From Adineta vaga (lineage: Eukaryota; Animalia; Rotifera), in the NCBI GenBank assembly GCA_021613535.1, contig CP075494.1, positions 9,796,001 to 9,860,000 of the forward strand: a stretch of 64,000 nt of DNA, read 5' to 3'. The notes beneath the pieces are model-generated. The model had not been told where the DNA came from. It saw only the letters and a program-made list of their open reading frames with translations, and searched no databases. How positions within the stretch are numbered: position 1 is the first letter of the stretch; every line of letters starts with the position of its first letter. Positions 10,897-25,416 of the stretch are shown piece by piece. The position numbers and the translations under genes were made by a program.

Positions 10897-13800
10897 ATGA
10901 AATCAGTTGCTTTGTGGGGTGATAAGCCTTTAGAAGAAGATGGCGAAGAACATAGGTAAATTAATTTCTTTTTCTGTTGCAAATTTTCTTCATTAATATC
11001 TCTTTCGTTTAGTGTTAATTCTCTATGTTTTAATCCTGATGGAACACAATTATTAGCAGCTGTAGGTTTAAGGATACTTGTTTATGGTACTGCTGATGGA
11101 GTATTACAAAGTGCACTTAGTGGTATGTCAATTCTCTTTGATAGTTATCTAATTTTGATGAATAAATTTATTAGGACATGGCGATATAGTTAATACAATA
11201 TCATATGCATCTGATGGTAGTCGTTTTGCGTCAGGTGGTGCAGATAAATTAGTTGTTATATGGACAAGTGACTTACAAGGAATGTTAAAATATGCGTATG
11301 TGATCTATTTTATTTGTTTATAAAGACAGGAAGATTTGTTTTTGTAGACATGATTCATCTGTTCAATATGTTGCATATCATCCTAGTTCGCATTTATTAG
11401 CAAGTTGTTCAAACGCAGATTTTGGTCTTTGGTCACCTGAACAGAAGAATGTCACTAAAACAAAATTAACTGGTCGAATTACTTCTTGTGCATGGAGTCC
11501 GGATGGACAGTTACTAGCATTTGGACTCTACAATGGACAAGTGCATGTTAGAGATAAGGTATGAAATACTTCAGTTGTATTTCTTGTACTACTTTGTTTT
11601 TGAAAACATCGATGTCAGTACATTGATTTTAATTTATATGTAGGATGGCAATGAAAAATATAAATTTGATCGAGCTGATGCAATTAATTCTCCTGTGTGG
11701 AATTTAGCTTGGTCACCAGTTCGGTAAGTATTTGATATTCTTTGATTTTATTTGAAATGATTTTGTATTGTTGTAGAGATGAGGAACTTCTTCTAGCAGC
11801 TGTAGATTGGGGTCAAAAATTAACATTATATCAAGCAACAGATGCTAAACAAGTTTGTATTTCGATTTATTCTTTTTGGAAAGAAGTTCTATTTTTATAC
11901 GTACTATTTAGTCTGGAAAGGAGCGTAAACTTGGATTTGATCCATGTGCAGTGAATTGGTTAGTTAAAGATGCCTACAAACTAGAATCTCGTGCTGAATT
12001 TATCCTTGTGGGTGGCTCTAATAAAGAATGTATTATATATAGCCGTGAAGGATTTAAATTAGGTACTGTTTGCACACAAGATGCATGGGTTTGGTGTTGT
12101 TGTGCAAAACCAGATGGTTCCGCAGTGGTAAAATCATTTGAAATCAATATCAACTTCTCAATTATATAAACATATATCTTTTCTTAGGCCGTTGGTACAA
12201 CCAATGGATTTATTGGAATGTATGATGTAAAATTTGGTGTCGTACATGGAATACATAGAGATCGATATGCATATCGAGATAATATGACTGATGTTATTGT
12301 TCATCATTTAACAACAGATCAAAAAGGTATATTGAATGTTTAAATACAAGATGAAGATCTATGGTCACTTTTCTTTTAGTTAAAGTTAAATGTCGTGAAT
12401 TAGTAAAGAAAATTGCAACATATAAAACAATACTTGCTGTAATAAATATTCATACGTTCTTTTATTAAAAAAAAGAAATTCATATAATTTGATTTAGATT
12501 CAAACACTTGATAAGATTCTCATTTATGAAGCGCCAGGTGATGTTCCACATGATATGAAATATAAAGCAACATTTAAAATCAATAAAAATATTGAATGTA
12601 GTTCAATGATCGTTACGGCTTCTTATGTTATTACTTGTCAGGATAAACGTTTACATTGTTATAATTTTTCTGGTGAAGAAATACGTATTTGGTTTGTAGA
12701 TAAAGATATTTGCTCTTTTCTTTTTTTCTAATTTCAAAGATTTCTTCTAGGCAAATGGATAGTCCAATTCGTTATTTAAAATTAATTGGTGGTCCACGTG
12801 ATTGTGAATCTGTATTGATTGGATTAAAAAATGGTGGTGTTTATCAAGTTTTTGTTAATAATCCATTTCCTCAGATGTTAGCAAAACAAAATGGTGTTAT
12901 CTACTGTGTTGATATGAATATCAATCGAACGAAAGTTGCAGTTATTGATGATACATTAACACTTTATGTTTATAGTGTTCAAACTAAACAATTGCTCTAT
13001 CAAGTAAAACTTAATGAAATATTATATTTAATTCTTAAATAAATAAATATATAATTGTATTTCAAAGGAACCAAATGCACAAACAGTTGCATGGAATACT
13101 TCATTTCCTGATATGCTTGCTTTTTCTGGAGATGGTTTTATCAATATAAAAGTATCAGATTTTCCAGTTTACAGACAAAATTTACAGGTAAGTTATCGTC
13201 GTTTATATAATACAATACAGCGAAAAGCATCAATCTAGATTCCTATAAATGAATACGAAATTTCGGTAAAAACACGAGAAGATTCTCTTATTTTTGTTTT
13301 CAATACTTACATATGTGTGTGTGTGGGATATAATTAATACTTATCTGTGTTTTTTTTGTGCCTGTACATCTAGCGTTCTTTAACTAATCATATTCGACAT
13401 TTATATGAACGTAAACATCGATCAGTATGTAATATTAGATAATAATATAGTTCTATACACTAATTACTGCATGATTACTAATATAATCTTTTTTATTGAA
13501 TCATATTAGAATACATTTTCTTATATTATATAGGGTTTAATTGTTGGTTTTAATGGTTGTACAATATATTTGTTGCATTTATGTGCAATGAGTGGTGTGA
13601 CTGTTCCTGTTACAGATGCTGTTTATCGTTATATGGGAAAAAGACAACTTCAGTAAGTGATTTAGTTTTAAATTTCAAATATCCGATTTTCTTTTCTATT
13701 GTAGAAATGCATATGAATTAGCATCATTAGGTGAAACAAGTATAACTTGGGACGCATTAGGACATGCTTGTCTTGAACAGGGAGAATTTAATTTAGCAAA

Positions 13801-15936
13801 GAAATGTTTTAGTCGTGTAAGAGATGTAAAATATTTGAATTTATTAGCTAATTTTGAGGTAAGTTAATTACAGATTTTCACTTTGATGAAAGAATAATTT
13901 GTTTTTCATATTTGTGTGTAAAGGAAGCAGCAAAACGTGGTGAAACAAAAATGAATGTGAATCTAGGTGATTATTATGCCTATAATGGTCGATTTGCCGA
14001 TGCTGCAAGAAATTATCAACATGCTGGAGCACCAGATCGAGCAATGACTATGTTTTCTGATTTACGAATGTTTGATCAAGCTAAAGTAAATTTTTGAAAA
14101 ATGAATTTCGGAAATAATGTTGACCGTATTCTAGGAATATATGGTTGCAGGTGATGTTGATCAACAGAAATTATTGAATAAACAAGCAGAATGGGCTATA
14201 ACAATGAATGAACAACGACGAGCAGCTGAATTATATGTTGCAGCAAATGATTTTCAAAAAGCAATTGATTTAGCAGGGAAAAATAAATGGGCTGATTTGT
14301 ATGTATTTCATACAATCATCATTCTTTTCTACTCTCTCTCTCTCTCTCTCATTTCCACATAGACTAGCAACTATAACAAGTAAATTAGATAATAGTCAAA
14401 CTGATCTTTTTCGACGATGTGCACGCTATTTTGTTGAAATGAAACAATACACATATGCTGCTGATGTTTATGAAAAAATGGGTGATATTAAATCATTAGT
14501 TGATATGCGTGTTATTCTTTCACAATGGAATGAAGTTTTTGCCTTAGTTCGTCGTTATCCTGCCTATGCATCCGAGGCATATTATAATTATGGTCAACAT
14601 TTAGCTGAACAAGATCGTTTTGTTGATGCTCAACGTGCTTTTCATAAGGCTGGTCGTGTTAATGAAGCAAGAAATGTTCTTCAAGCATTAACAAATAATG
14701 CGGTCAATGAAACACGTTTTAATGATGCAGGATATTATAATTGGTTATTATCAAAAGAATATCTCCTAGCATTGAGTGAAACATTAAATGATGATTTACG
14801 TGCTGATCTATTCAAACGTTATCATCGTTGTTCATTGTTATCAGAACTTTATTATGCATATCAATACATATATGAATATACAACTGAACCATTTGTTGAT
14901 ACACCACCTGTTATATTATTTAATATTGCACGATTTATCTATCATAAATTAGCAAATTTAGCGGGAGATATACCACCGGCATTGTCCAAATTTCGAACAT
15001 GTTATGCAGCATGTAAAATAGCGAAAATTTTAAATGCAAATAAATTTAGTCGACAAATGATTTATTTAATGCGTGATTTAACTTTTACACATAATTTGGG
15101 AAATAAACGAATTGAAATTGAACAATTAGCATTAGAAATGGAAGCAAGAACATTTACGGATGATCATGATTTATTACCATTATGTTATCGATGTTCACAT
15201 CATAATGAATTATTGAATCCTAGAGGAAATGAATGTTCAAGTTGTGGAAGTCCATTTGTAAGTTTTCTTCTTCTATTTACTAGATACAGTTTGAAAATAA
15301 ATCTTGTTTTAGGTTCTCTCATTTCTTTCATTTGATGTTTTACCTTTGGTGGAATTTATCTTACCATCAGATATCAATGATGAAGACGCATTAAATCTAC
15401 TTGAACAAGTACCAAATAGTCATTTAGAAAATTCGACTACATCAGGAAAAATGAATCAGTCAACAGCAAATCGTCTTGTTATTACTGAACAAGGAAATAC
15501 AACACGTGCTGAAGATAAAGATCCATTTTTGAAAAAAATGAGTAAATATAGTGCAAATCCAGATGAATATCGACCTGTTGTAGTTGATCGTCCTTTACTC
15601 AAAGCAATGGATCCTTCACTTGTTTATGTATGTAAATGGCCATTTCCATTAAGATGGAAATGGTTTCGAATTATTGTACCTGAACAACCTGTTGGTCGAT
15701 GTCGACATTGTAATAAAGTAAGATTTGATTGTTTTATATCTATTAACATGTAAGAAGACTTCTCTTTGAATAGTTTTTTCATAATGATGAATTTGAACTC
15801 GCTCTCTTGGAACAAGGTGCTTGTCCATTCTGTCGAAATAATAAAGATGCAGACACATCTGGTAACTTTTCCTATACGATCTTTTTTCTGTAAAAATTCG
15901 TTTTATTTTTATTTAGAAAATCATGATGATTTTTAA
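10897..15936 (+). CDS. IFT122: Intraflagellar transport protein 122 (IFT-A), many exons
   Basis: [10 protein letters not shown]...[15 protein letters not shown]40s; [20 protein letters not shown]; [13 protein letters not shown]; LLPLCYRC...CSSCGSPF; C-terminal CRHCNK..CPFCR. Confidence 0.95.
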
Positions 15937-16322
15937 TCAATAACAATACAAACCACTAGCCGTGCTCTTTGTCACATATTTATCAATAGAATCTGACTAC
16001 GTTTCGGACATTTGAAAGATTATTTACATAAATAAATTACTTCTGTTTTTATCAAATATCATCATACTCACAATATGCAAACAAATTCCTCATCCAGTAA
16101 TAAGTTTTGATTTTTCAGTAAAGAAAATAGATACAAAAAGAAAACACACACACGTTCGAGACAAAGAAAGAAATTGTATATGAAAGAAAAAAAGATATTC
16201 GCTATAATCAACAAATGAACATGCTTCACTTTTATAGACATGTCCTATGATTTGTCTGTTAGAAAATAGTATAGAAGATATATATAAGACAGCGAGAGAC
16301 AAGATAATATTCATTCACTGAT

Positions 16323-17634
16323 TTAATTCCGTAATGTCGCTCCAATTACTTCTTTCTGATCTTTACTGAGAGTGTCAGGAAATTTGATATCAAATTTAAC
16401 AATGATATCTCCTCGTGTACTTGGTTGTTTGGTATTTGGGAGACCATCACCGGAAAGACGCTTTTCAGTGGTAGGTTTAATGACGTCATTTAGTTGTAAC
16501 TTCCGCACACGACTTTGATCAAGTGTAGGAACACTAATAGTTGTACCACATAAAGCCTGAAGAAGAAGAAAAAAAGGTGAACAGGTTCATACGTCTATGA
16601 CAAGCATTATTCGCTGAACTTACATCTTTTAAACTGATTTTCGCTGTATAGATAAGATCTGCACCTTCTCGTCGAAATGTTGTATGTGGTTTATCTTTGA
16701 TTATGAAGATGATATCTGCAGGAATAGTTGATGGGCTTTGATCACCTTCACGTGGAAATGTTATTTTTGTTCCTTGTTTCCAACCTGGTTTGATATCAAT
16801 TGTTAAAACTTTATCTTCTACACGTGTTGTACGACCATCGGGATTCAGAACTTTCCGAGAAATTTTCATTTTCTTTGTTGTACCGTTTGAAACTTCTTCT
16901 AGAGTAACAAATAATTCATGTTCAATAGGAGGATCTTGAGTTTTTTTTCTTGCCATTTGACTTTGTTGAGTAGGATGTCCACCGAAGTTAAAACCGCCCA
17001 TATTTGAAAAACCACCGAAACCTCCACTTCCACCTGGTCCATCATCATCCTCTCCACCAAAAAACATTGCAAATGGATCAGCTCCACCCTAAAATTAAAT
17101 CAAAGAACTAAGTGAAATATGTAACAACAACAAAATAATATTTTCTTACAAAAAACATTCGAAAAGTTTGATGTGGATCAACATTCGAATAGAATTGATG
17201 TCCACCAACACCTCCTGGACCACCACCACCACTACCGGCACCGGCTTTCAAACCTGATGAAAATATTTATTTGTGAATCAGATGAAAAAGATTGATTCTT
17301 TTCTAATCATCGCTTACCTTCTTCTCCATATTTATCGAATATTTCCTTTTTTTTCGGATCCGATAAAATTTCGTATGCTTCAGCAATAGATTTGAATTTT
17401 TCTTCTGCACCTGCTTCTTTATTCTTATCCGGATGGTATTTAAGTGCACTGAAAATGTCCAAATATAACTTAACTTAAAAGGGAAAAAAAACATTCGAAA
17501 TTTACAGTTTTCGATAAGCTTTCTTTATATCGTCATCAGAGGCGCCTTTGGTTAAACCTAAAAAAAGAAACGTTCAATAAATTATTTAATGAAAATTTCT
17601 TCTTACCCAATATTTTATAATAATCTTTCCCCAT
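16323..17634 (-). CDS. DnaJ/Hsp40 class B (DNAJB1/4/5-like)
   Basis: [11 protein letters not shown]-domain YHPDKN, G/F-rich linker, [25 protein letters not shown]. Confidence 0.95.
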
Positions 17635-17797
17635 CGTACTTTTACGAGTAATATAACGTTAGAAAAATCTATAAGAAAAGTATCGTCGTTTCTTCGCCTT
17701 ACACTGACATAACAATTAAAAATGTGTGTCTACTTCTTTTTCTCGTTCGTCATCTATTTTATTTGTCGTTCTTTCACAATCTAGTTAAGAATGTAGT

Positions 17798-17817
17798 CGA
17801 ACCATCTAGAAGCTTCG
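17798..17817. promoter_or_regulatory. Heat-shock element upstream of the DNAJB gene
   Basis: cGAAc-cATCt-aGAAg-cTTCg: four alternating nGAAn units with one mismatch, about 165 bp upstream of the Hsp40 ATG. Confidence 0.65.
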
Positions 17818-17941
17818 ATACCACAACAGAACAGGGAGAGAGATGAAAGGAATAGAAAAAAATACATCGAAGATTTGTAGGACAAACTACCAATCCAAAA
17901 TAAGTCGCTAGAAGTAAACGTGTTTTTTTTTCAAAATTATC

Positions 17942-17954
17942 ATCACCATGGAAC
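17942..17954. promoter_or_regulatory. RFX X-box upstream of RSPH10B
   Basis: ATCACCATGGAAC about 60 bp before the ATG at 18013. Confidence 0.55.
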
Positions 17955-18012
17955 AGTAAGAAAAGAATGGCGAATATAGATTTATTGTATAGATAAACAC
18001 GCAACATAGACG

Positions 18013-21000
18013 ATGCCAGCTAAAGCAGGTGGTAAAAAAGTTGCTAAATCTGATGATGAACCAACGAAGAAAAAAGATTCAACAAAAAGTTCGAAGAAAA
18101 ATACCGAAGATACAGGTGAAGTTGGATCAGCAACGACTGGATCATCGAAAATACCAGCAGGAAATTTAACTCGTGGAGCATCTCAATTAGGTACAGCAAC
18201 AGATGAATCGATTAGTAAAGAAACAGCTGGATTAACGTCAGAAGCTAGTCAACCGACTGAAGGAAATCGAGAAGGTGGTGAAACAGGAAGTGCTACGTTG
18301 GATCTGTTGTTCCAGAAGCAGATATCAAATATGAAGAGCCAATTTTACCGAATTTAATTGTGCTTAAGTATGAATCTATTTGATATGAAGAAAAGTTTTA
18401 AATTTCTTTTCTATTTGATATATATAGTTATGAAGGTGGAAAAGAAAAAGGTTTATATGAAGGATATGGTAAAGCAACATATGTTGGTGGTCATACTTAT
18501 ACAGTAAGAAGATTTCGAAATGTATTACAACTTGTATTGATTTGTCTTTGTAGGGTGATTGGAGTGGAAATATGATGCATGGTCAAGGTCGATACGAATG
18601 GGCAGATGGAGTCATTTACACAGGTTCAATTGTGAATAATCAAATAGAAGGTGTAGGAACTTATCAATGGCCAGATGGAAGGTAATGTTTAATTTTACAA
18701 AAGAATTTATTCATGTTCTATATGTTTAGTGAATATCAAGGTGATGTTTTTCGTGGACGTCGTCATGGTACAGGAATATTTCGACATGGACGAAGTTCAT
18801 TTACGTATGAAGGTAGATGGCATATGGGTAATATGCATGGAAAGGTATAGTAGTATTTATTATATTGAGTTTGTTGGAATCGATTTGGTATAATTTAGGG
18901 TACATTACAATTTGATCGTACAGGAGAAAATTATTATACTGGTGATTTTATTACGAATATTCCATTTGGTAAAGGTCGTCGACAATATGCATCGGGAAAT
19001 TTCTATAAAGGAATGTGGGTTAATGGTAAACGACATGGTTATGGTGTTTTTTCTTGGAATAATGGAAGTGGAGAATATATTGGACAATGGGAAAATGGTA
19101 TTCAGGTTTGTGATTTGATCTTTTTGTTCAAATGAATAAATGAAAGAGATTTTTGGAGTTAGCAAGGACATGGTATGCATATTTGGTATCTAATTCGAGA
19201 TGAAGAATCTCATTATGCATTGAGAAATTATTATGAAGGAAATTTTGTCAATGGACGAAGAAATGGCTTTGGAACATTCTATTATTCAAGTGGAACGAAG
19301 TACATAGGTGGATGGAGAGAAGATCAGAAACATGGAAAGGTATATTTTGAAGACAAATAACAAAAATAAAGATGAAATGAATTGAATTTCATCTAGGGTA
19401 AAGTTATTTTACGAAATGGTACAACAATTGAAGCAGATTTTTCATATGATCGTATCCTGACACCTCTGACTGATGACATGACATCAATGTTATTAATTGA
19501 ATTACCTGAAATTGCCTCAAAAACACCAATGCCATCAGGTAAATCGCTTTTTTCTTCTTCTTGTTATAAATAATAGATCATTTTTTTTTGTTTCAATAGC
19601 ATCCAATACACTTGATCCAATGAATATCAAACGAAGTGAGAGTCGTAATACAATTGGTCCTAGTTTCAAATTACAATTCAACTCAGTTTTTGATGAGACA
19701 TCCACTATGGAAGATGAAAGAAAGATAATTACCGAACAAGTTCGTAGTAATTTCTACTTCAAGAATATTCCTAGAACTAATTAGACGGTTTTCTTCTTTT
19801 TTAAAAGGTATTTCATGTTCTCTTTCGTCATCTACCAAAATTGAATCAAATCTATCGTCTATATGCTCGGTTAGGTGTTGATATGCAAGCTAATGTTGAT
19901 AATACTTTTCTCATGACACGCAATCAATTTTGGCGTTTTATTCTTGATTGTAATTTACATAGCTACGGTGAAACATTAATGGAATATGATCGAATGATTG
20001 GTAAGTATAAATGATTAGCTTATTCATCTTTTTCAAAATTGTCGTACATTTTGTCTTGCAGCGGAATGTTTACCAACAGAAAATATTCATGGACCAGATG
20101 AAGGAATATTAGTACGAGAGTTTTTAAATGCTATCGCAATTATTTGCTTTCATTTACATCGATTAAAGAAAGTGTAAATATACAAGATAGTTTCTAGTTA
20201 TAACAAAAAAAACATTTTGGATTTATGTTTATTCTTTTAGTGAAAATGACATTCCAATAGACAAACTCCCAACTAGTTTACAGATTGCTACTTCAATGGA
20301 AACAGTTATTGAAAAAAATATTTTACAACATGCAGGAACAATTCGAGGTTTGTAACATATGTATATTCTATTTCATTGCTCAATAGTCTTAAAAACGGAT
20401 GAATTCTTGCATCGACATGTTTTCTTTTTCATCCCTAGGAAATCTTTTTACTGAACCACAAAAATATCTTCAAGCATCTCAATATAAAGATCAATGCTAT
20501 CAAATTTATTTATTATTTTGTACAAAAAATAAGGTGGATTCAAAGGTTTTTGCTTCTCTTCATATTACTATCCGAATGTTTTACTTTCAGAAGAAACCAT
20601 ATGATATGACTATGCAAAAACGTGATTTTCTTCTAATGTTAAAACATTTTCAATTAATTGATCAGGCAAATCTAACTGCATCTCGTGTAATCTCAATATT
20701 AGCTGAAGATGATCCAAATATTCGACCATCTGGTACAACAAATACTTCCGATGTTCGTTTAGATATTGAAGTAAAGTTTTACAAATCAATAAATTCATTC
20801 ATAATCAATAATATTTCTGTTTTCAGATGTGTTTTCTTGAATTTTTCGAAGCATTAATTGCTTGTGCATTGATTTATCCAAGTAATAAAGCTTATAATAA
20901 CTATGGTAGACCACCCAAAACCGCTGGTTCAGAACATAGTCTTGGTTCACAACCATCCATTGGTTCGGTAAATAAAAGAAATAGATAATCTCTCTATTGA

Positions 21001-21433
21001 CAAGTGTCATCTATTTCTATATTTTTCTTAGCCAAGTATTCATGATCAATATCAAGAAAGTCGAGTATCAGAACTGCCAACAATTGTTGTTCGAGAAGTT
21101 TCCGATTTTATTCAAGAAACACCTGATGATCCTGATAAATCTCGATCATTAACAAGTCGAGGTAAGATACTTTCTGTCTCTTGTATTTCCTATACGAATC
21201 TTATTTCTATAGAACATGAAGGACAAACAAGTAATCTTGAACCATCGATTCTTTCATTATCAACCTATGCAACAAAAGTTCATGGTTTTTTTCAAACAAT
21301 CTTTCTTCCCGCTGCGATCTCCTATAGAAACATTCGTGAACAAATCCGAGTTGATCAAGAAAAGACATGGCAAGGATTGAAACCAACTAATGAACCAGCA
21401 TGGTCACAGAAATATACTGTACTTATTGAATAA
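18013..21433 (+). CDS. RSPH10B: Radial spoke head 10 homolog B (MORN repeats); frame discontinuity near 18297
   Basis: YEEPILPNLIVLN|YEGGKEKGLYEGYG, multiple MORN repeats, HYALRNYYEGNFVNGRRNG, DNTFLMTRNQFWRFILDC, FLEFFEALIACA. Confidence 0.88.
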
Positions 21434-21911
21434 ATATTTGTCGAAAATGACTTTTCTTTTTTAATAAAATAAATATTTCATAATAATAATTTATCAAAAA
21501 AAAAAGAATAATCAGATTTTCTAAATCAAGCCTGGTTTCATATTCAGTAAAACTCGGTATTTTTTTCAATGAGAATTCCATGCTACCAAGATATTCTTTT
21601 TTCTTATGATACAATCCTGTTTCACTGTTTCTTTTTCTATTCAAACAAAAGAAGAAGAAAAAAAAGACTGTTAAAAGTACATATGTTAAATCAAAGCTAA
21701 AAAACTCTTCATAAATGGATGAATGATTTTTTTTGTTGGTAAAAATTATCGTTGCACCTCTATGTATATAACCATAGAACAAGAAAAGAAGAGAGAGAGA
21801 GAGACATCACTAACGTTAGAAGAAGAAGAAGAAGAGCTGTATTAATGAAGTTCATAAGTATTTTTCAATAATTTCGATAAAAAAAGAAGAAAACAAACTA
21901 AAACAGTTCAC

Positions 21912-22771
<860 letters not shown>

Positions 22772-22948
22772 ATTATAAGTGTGTCAATATCAACAAGGGT
22801 GCGATTTCACAATCAATGGATAATCTATATATATATATAAATGTTAATGCTTGATTTTTTAAATAAAAATTTTCACTGTTACAGGCGAAACTGTTCAAAT
22901 AACCGAGCGAGTGATGACATTACCATATAACTATTGCAACTGAAACAA

Positions 22949-22962
22949 GTTGTTCAGGTAAC
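22949..22962. promoter_or_regulatory. RFX X-box upstream of calcyphosin
   Basis: GTTGTTCAGGTAAC, a 14-mer about 180 bp upstream of the ATG. Confidence 0.55.
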
Positions 22963-23422
22963 CAATAGAGGTCGGTATAAATTGCGTAAATATTTGGTTT
23001 ATTAATTTTCGATAAAAATAAATCATTTTATTTGTAAGTAAGTTCGAATTTCGTTTTATTTATTTATACGAAAATATCTACGAATCAGACATGATCATGC
23101 CGAGCGCTACTCTCGACCATGTTGACAAAGAATAACCGTTCGATTCATACATACAACAATATTTTTATCTTGCTGTATGTTTGTTTGAGTTTTATTCATC
23201 TATTGGTCATTGGACGATTACTGATTATTCTATCAATAAACGATGATTTTTTAGACGAAAACAAACTTTGACATGATTTGGCTATGCTTGACTGAATATT
23301 TTCAACAAAAAATCTTTGAATTTTCTATCTTTTGACTCATGATCATTTCAATTAAAATTCATAGCGTCCTCTATAGAAAACTCTTATTTTTCTTATTTAG
23401 ATTATTGATAGTCTCAATTGAT

Positions 23423-25416
23423 ATGACAGCAACAGCATGTTGTACATCAAATCCAAATTTTTATCAAATCCAAGTCATTACCAATAGATCACAATTTACT
23501 CCAATTTTATCTCGAGCTTCACATTCACCATTATCGTCGTCAATTCTCACAATATCAGATATCCCTAAATCAATTCAATTGAAAAGTGACATAAATAACA
23601 ATAATAAATCTGAGGAAATCATTGAGGAAATCTCTCATATCACAAGTGACGATGAAACAATTTATGAAGAAGAGTTTCTTGCATGTGTTGGTCTACGACG
23701 TAAAACGAAAAGATCTTTTGTAAGTCTTCCAAAATTACGGCCACTAGCTAAACGATTAATAGCTCCACTTTGTTTACTTCCATTGGCTAAAAATGGTGAA
23801 CGTGTTCGACAATCTTTATACGTTCTATTACCATTCTTGAAGTTCTTATCGATTACATATGACACCGAATCGTTTTGTTCGACAGATGAAAAAGCCAAAG
23901 CTGAAAGTCTACTACCACGTTCGTTAACACAAGCACGATCAAGCAAAGCTACGGACAAAAAGAAAAACAAACGAAAAGTTTCGAAAGCAGGTAATTAACA
24001 AAAACTTGGCACATATACTGAAGAAAAGGGCGCTGCGATTGAATGTTTTTCGGCAACAAATTTGCTGATATGAAAAATTCTTCTCTTTGGCGAGACTTAT
24101 GGCTGAAAAATGAATGTTTATTTTGAGTTAACAAAAAATAGCAATCGGCGTCTATGTTTATAAGTAATAGCGATATCATACGATGCCTACATGATGGAAT
24201 TACATACATGGGAGAGATTAAATTTTTAGTGTAACTTTTCGGGGCGATTTTAAACCGAAGCTCAGAAGTTCTATGATGTTATGTGTCAATCTATTGAACA
24301 GTTCTGATTTTCGCTTTGAGAGCCATATTTCCATTATTGCTCTGATTGGTTTTTGCGAAAAAATTTGTTTCGCTTGAAAAACTTCTCTTTTCGCGACTTC
24401 ATCGCATGTGTAGCATTGGTTATGCAAGAGCGAGATCGATTATTCAATGCGCTACATAGAATCTATTCTAATAGGATTGATTATCATAGTATCATTTTGA
24501 ATAAATTGACTTTTCTCGGCTATATACAGGACTGAATCCTCGTTCTAAAGTTGTATTTAACATCTTTACACTTTTTTCTTTATCTACAGCTAATGAAAGC
24601 TATAGTAGATCTATTTTGAAATATTCACTAAAACTTATTTTTCTACACAGAATTCGTCACTATGGCTGCGAATACTTTTCGTAACGATACACGACGAACA
24701 CCAATGGCCAAATATATCCACTCAACTATTCAATGTTCTGTTATTCTTGATCGTTTGGAACAATCCACTATTGATCAGATAATGCAAAATTCCACCGACG
24801 ATACTACATCTTCAGTTTGTATTTATATTGATTGATTTCAAAAATTTTCTAGAATTCTTCTTATTCATCATAGTCACAAGTAAATCAATCATCACGAAGT
24901 TCTTCTCAATCATCTTCTTCGAATGCGCGTCGTTCATTAAATCAAACAACAACAAAAACAACAACAACACGAACAACTATAACAACAATGACAACTGAAA
25001 AAACAACTGTTAAACATAAATCAACTACAACATCATACAATGATTGTAAACGTTTTAAACATACGCTTGATGATGATAATCTTGTTCTTCCTGATCTTGA
25101 TAAACCGTCGTCGTTAACATATGAACGTATCTATTTAAAATGTTTTGTTTGTTCAAAACGTGAATATATTGATGCTCGAGCAACAAATAGTGACATATTA
25201 CATTCACATTGGCTTGAACATGGTAATGATTTATCATTGAATATTTATGATTCGGAAATCGATGAAATTTTAACTCGTGTAGTAGAATTTTTTCATTTTC
25301 CTAAACGGCATATGTTAGAAGGGAAAATTCAAACTGTATTTATATTAAATTCAAAAGAAATACGTAAAACATCATTAACTCCAGTTGACGATGATACATG
25401 TATTGTTATTGACTAA
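23423..25416 (+). CDS. Uncharacterised, probably nuclear protein with a C2H2-like finger and a C-terminal SIM-like motif
   Basis: Exons 23423-23990, 24651-24814 and 24874-25416 join in frame; basic clusters, CSVILDRL, CFVC-x17-HWLEH, ends DDDTCIVID. Confidence 0.7.
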
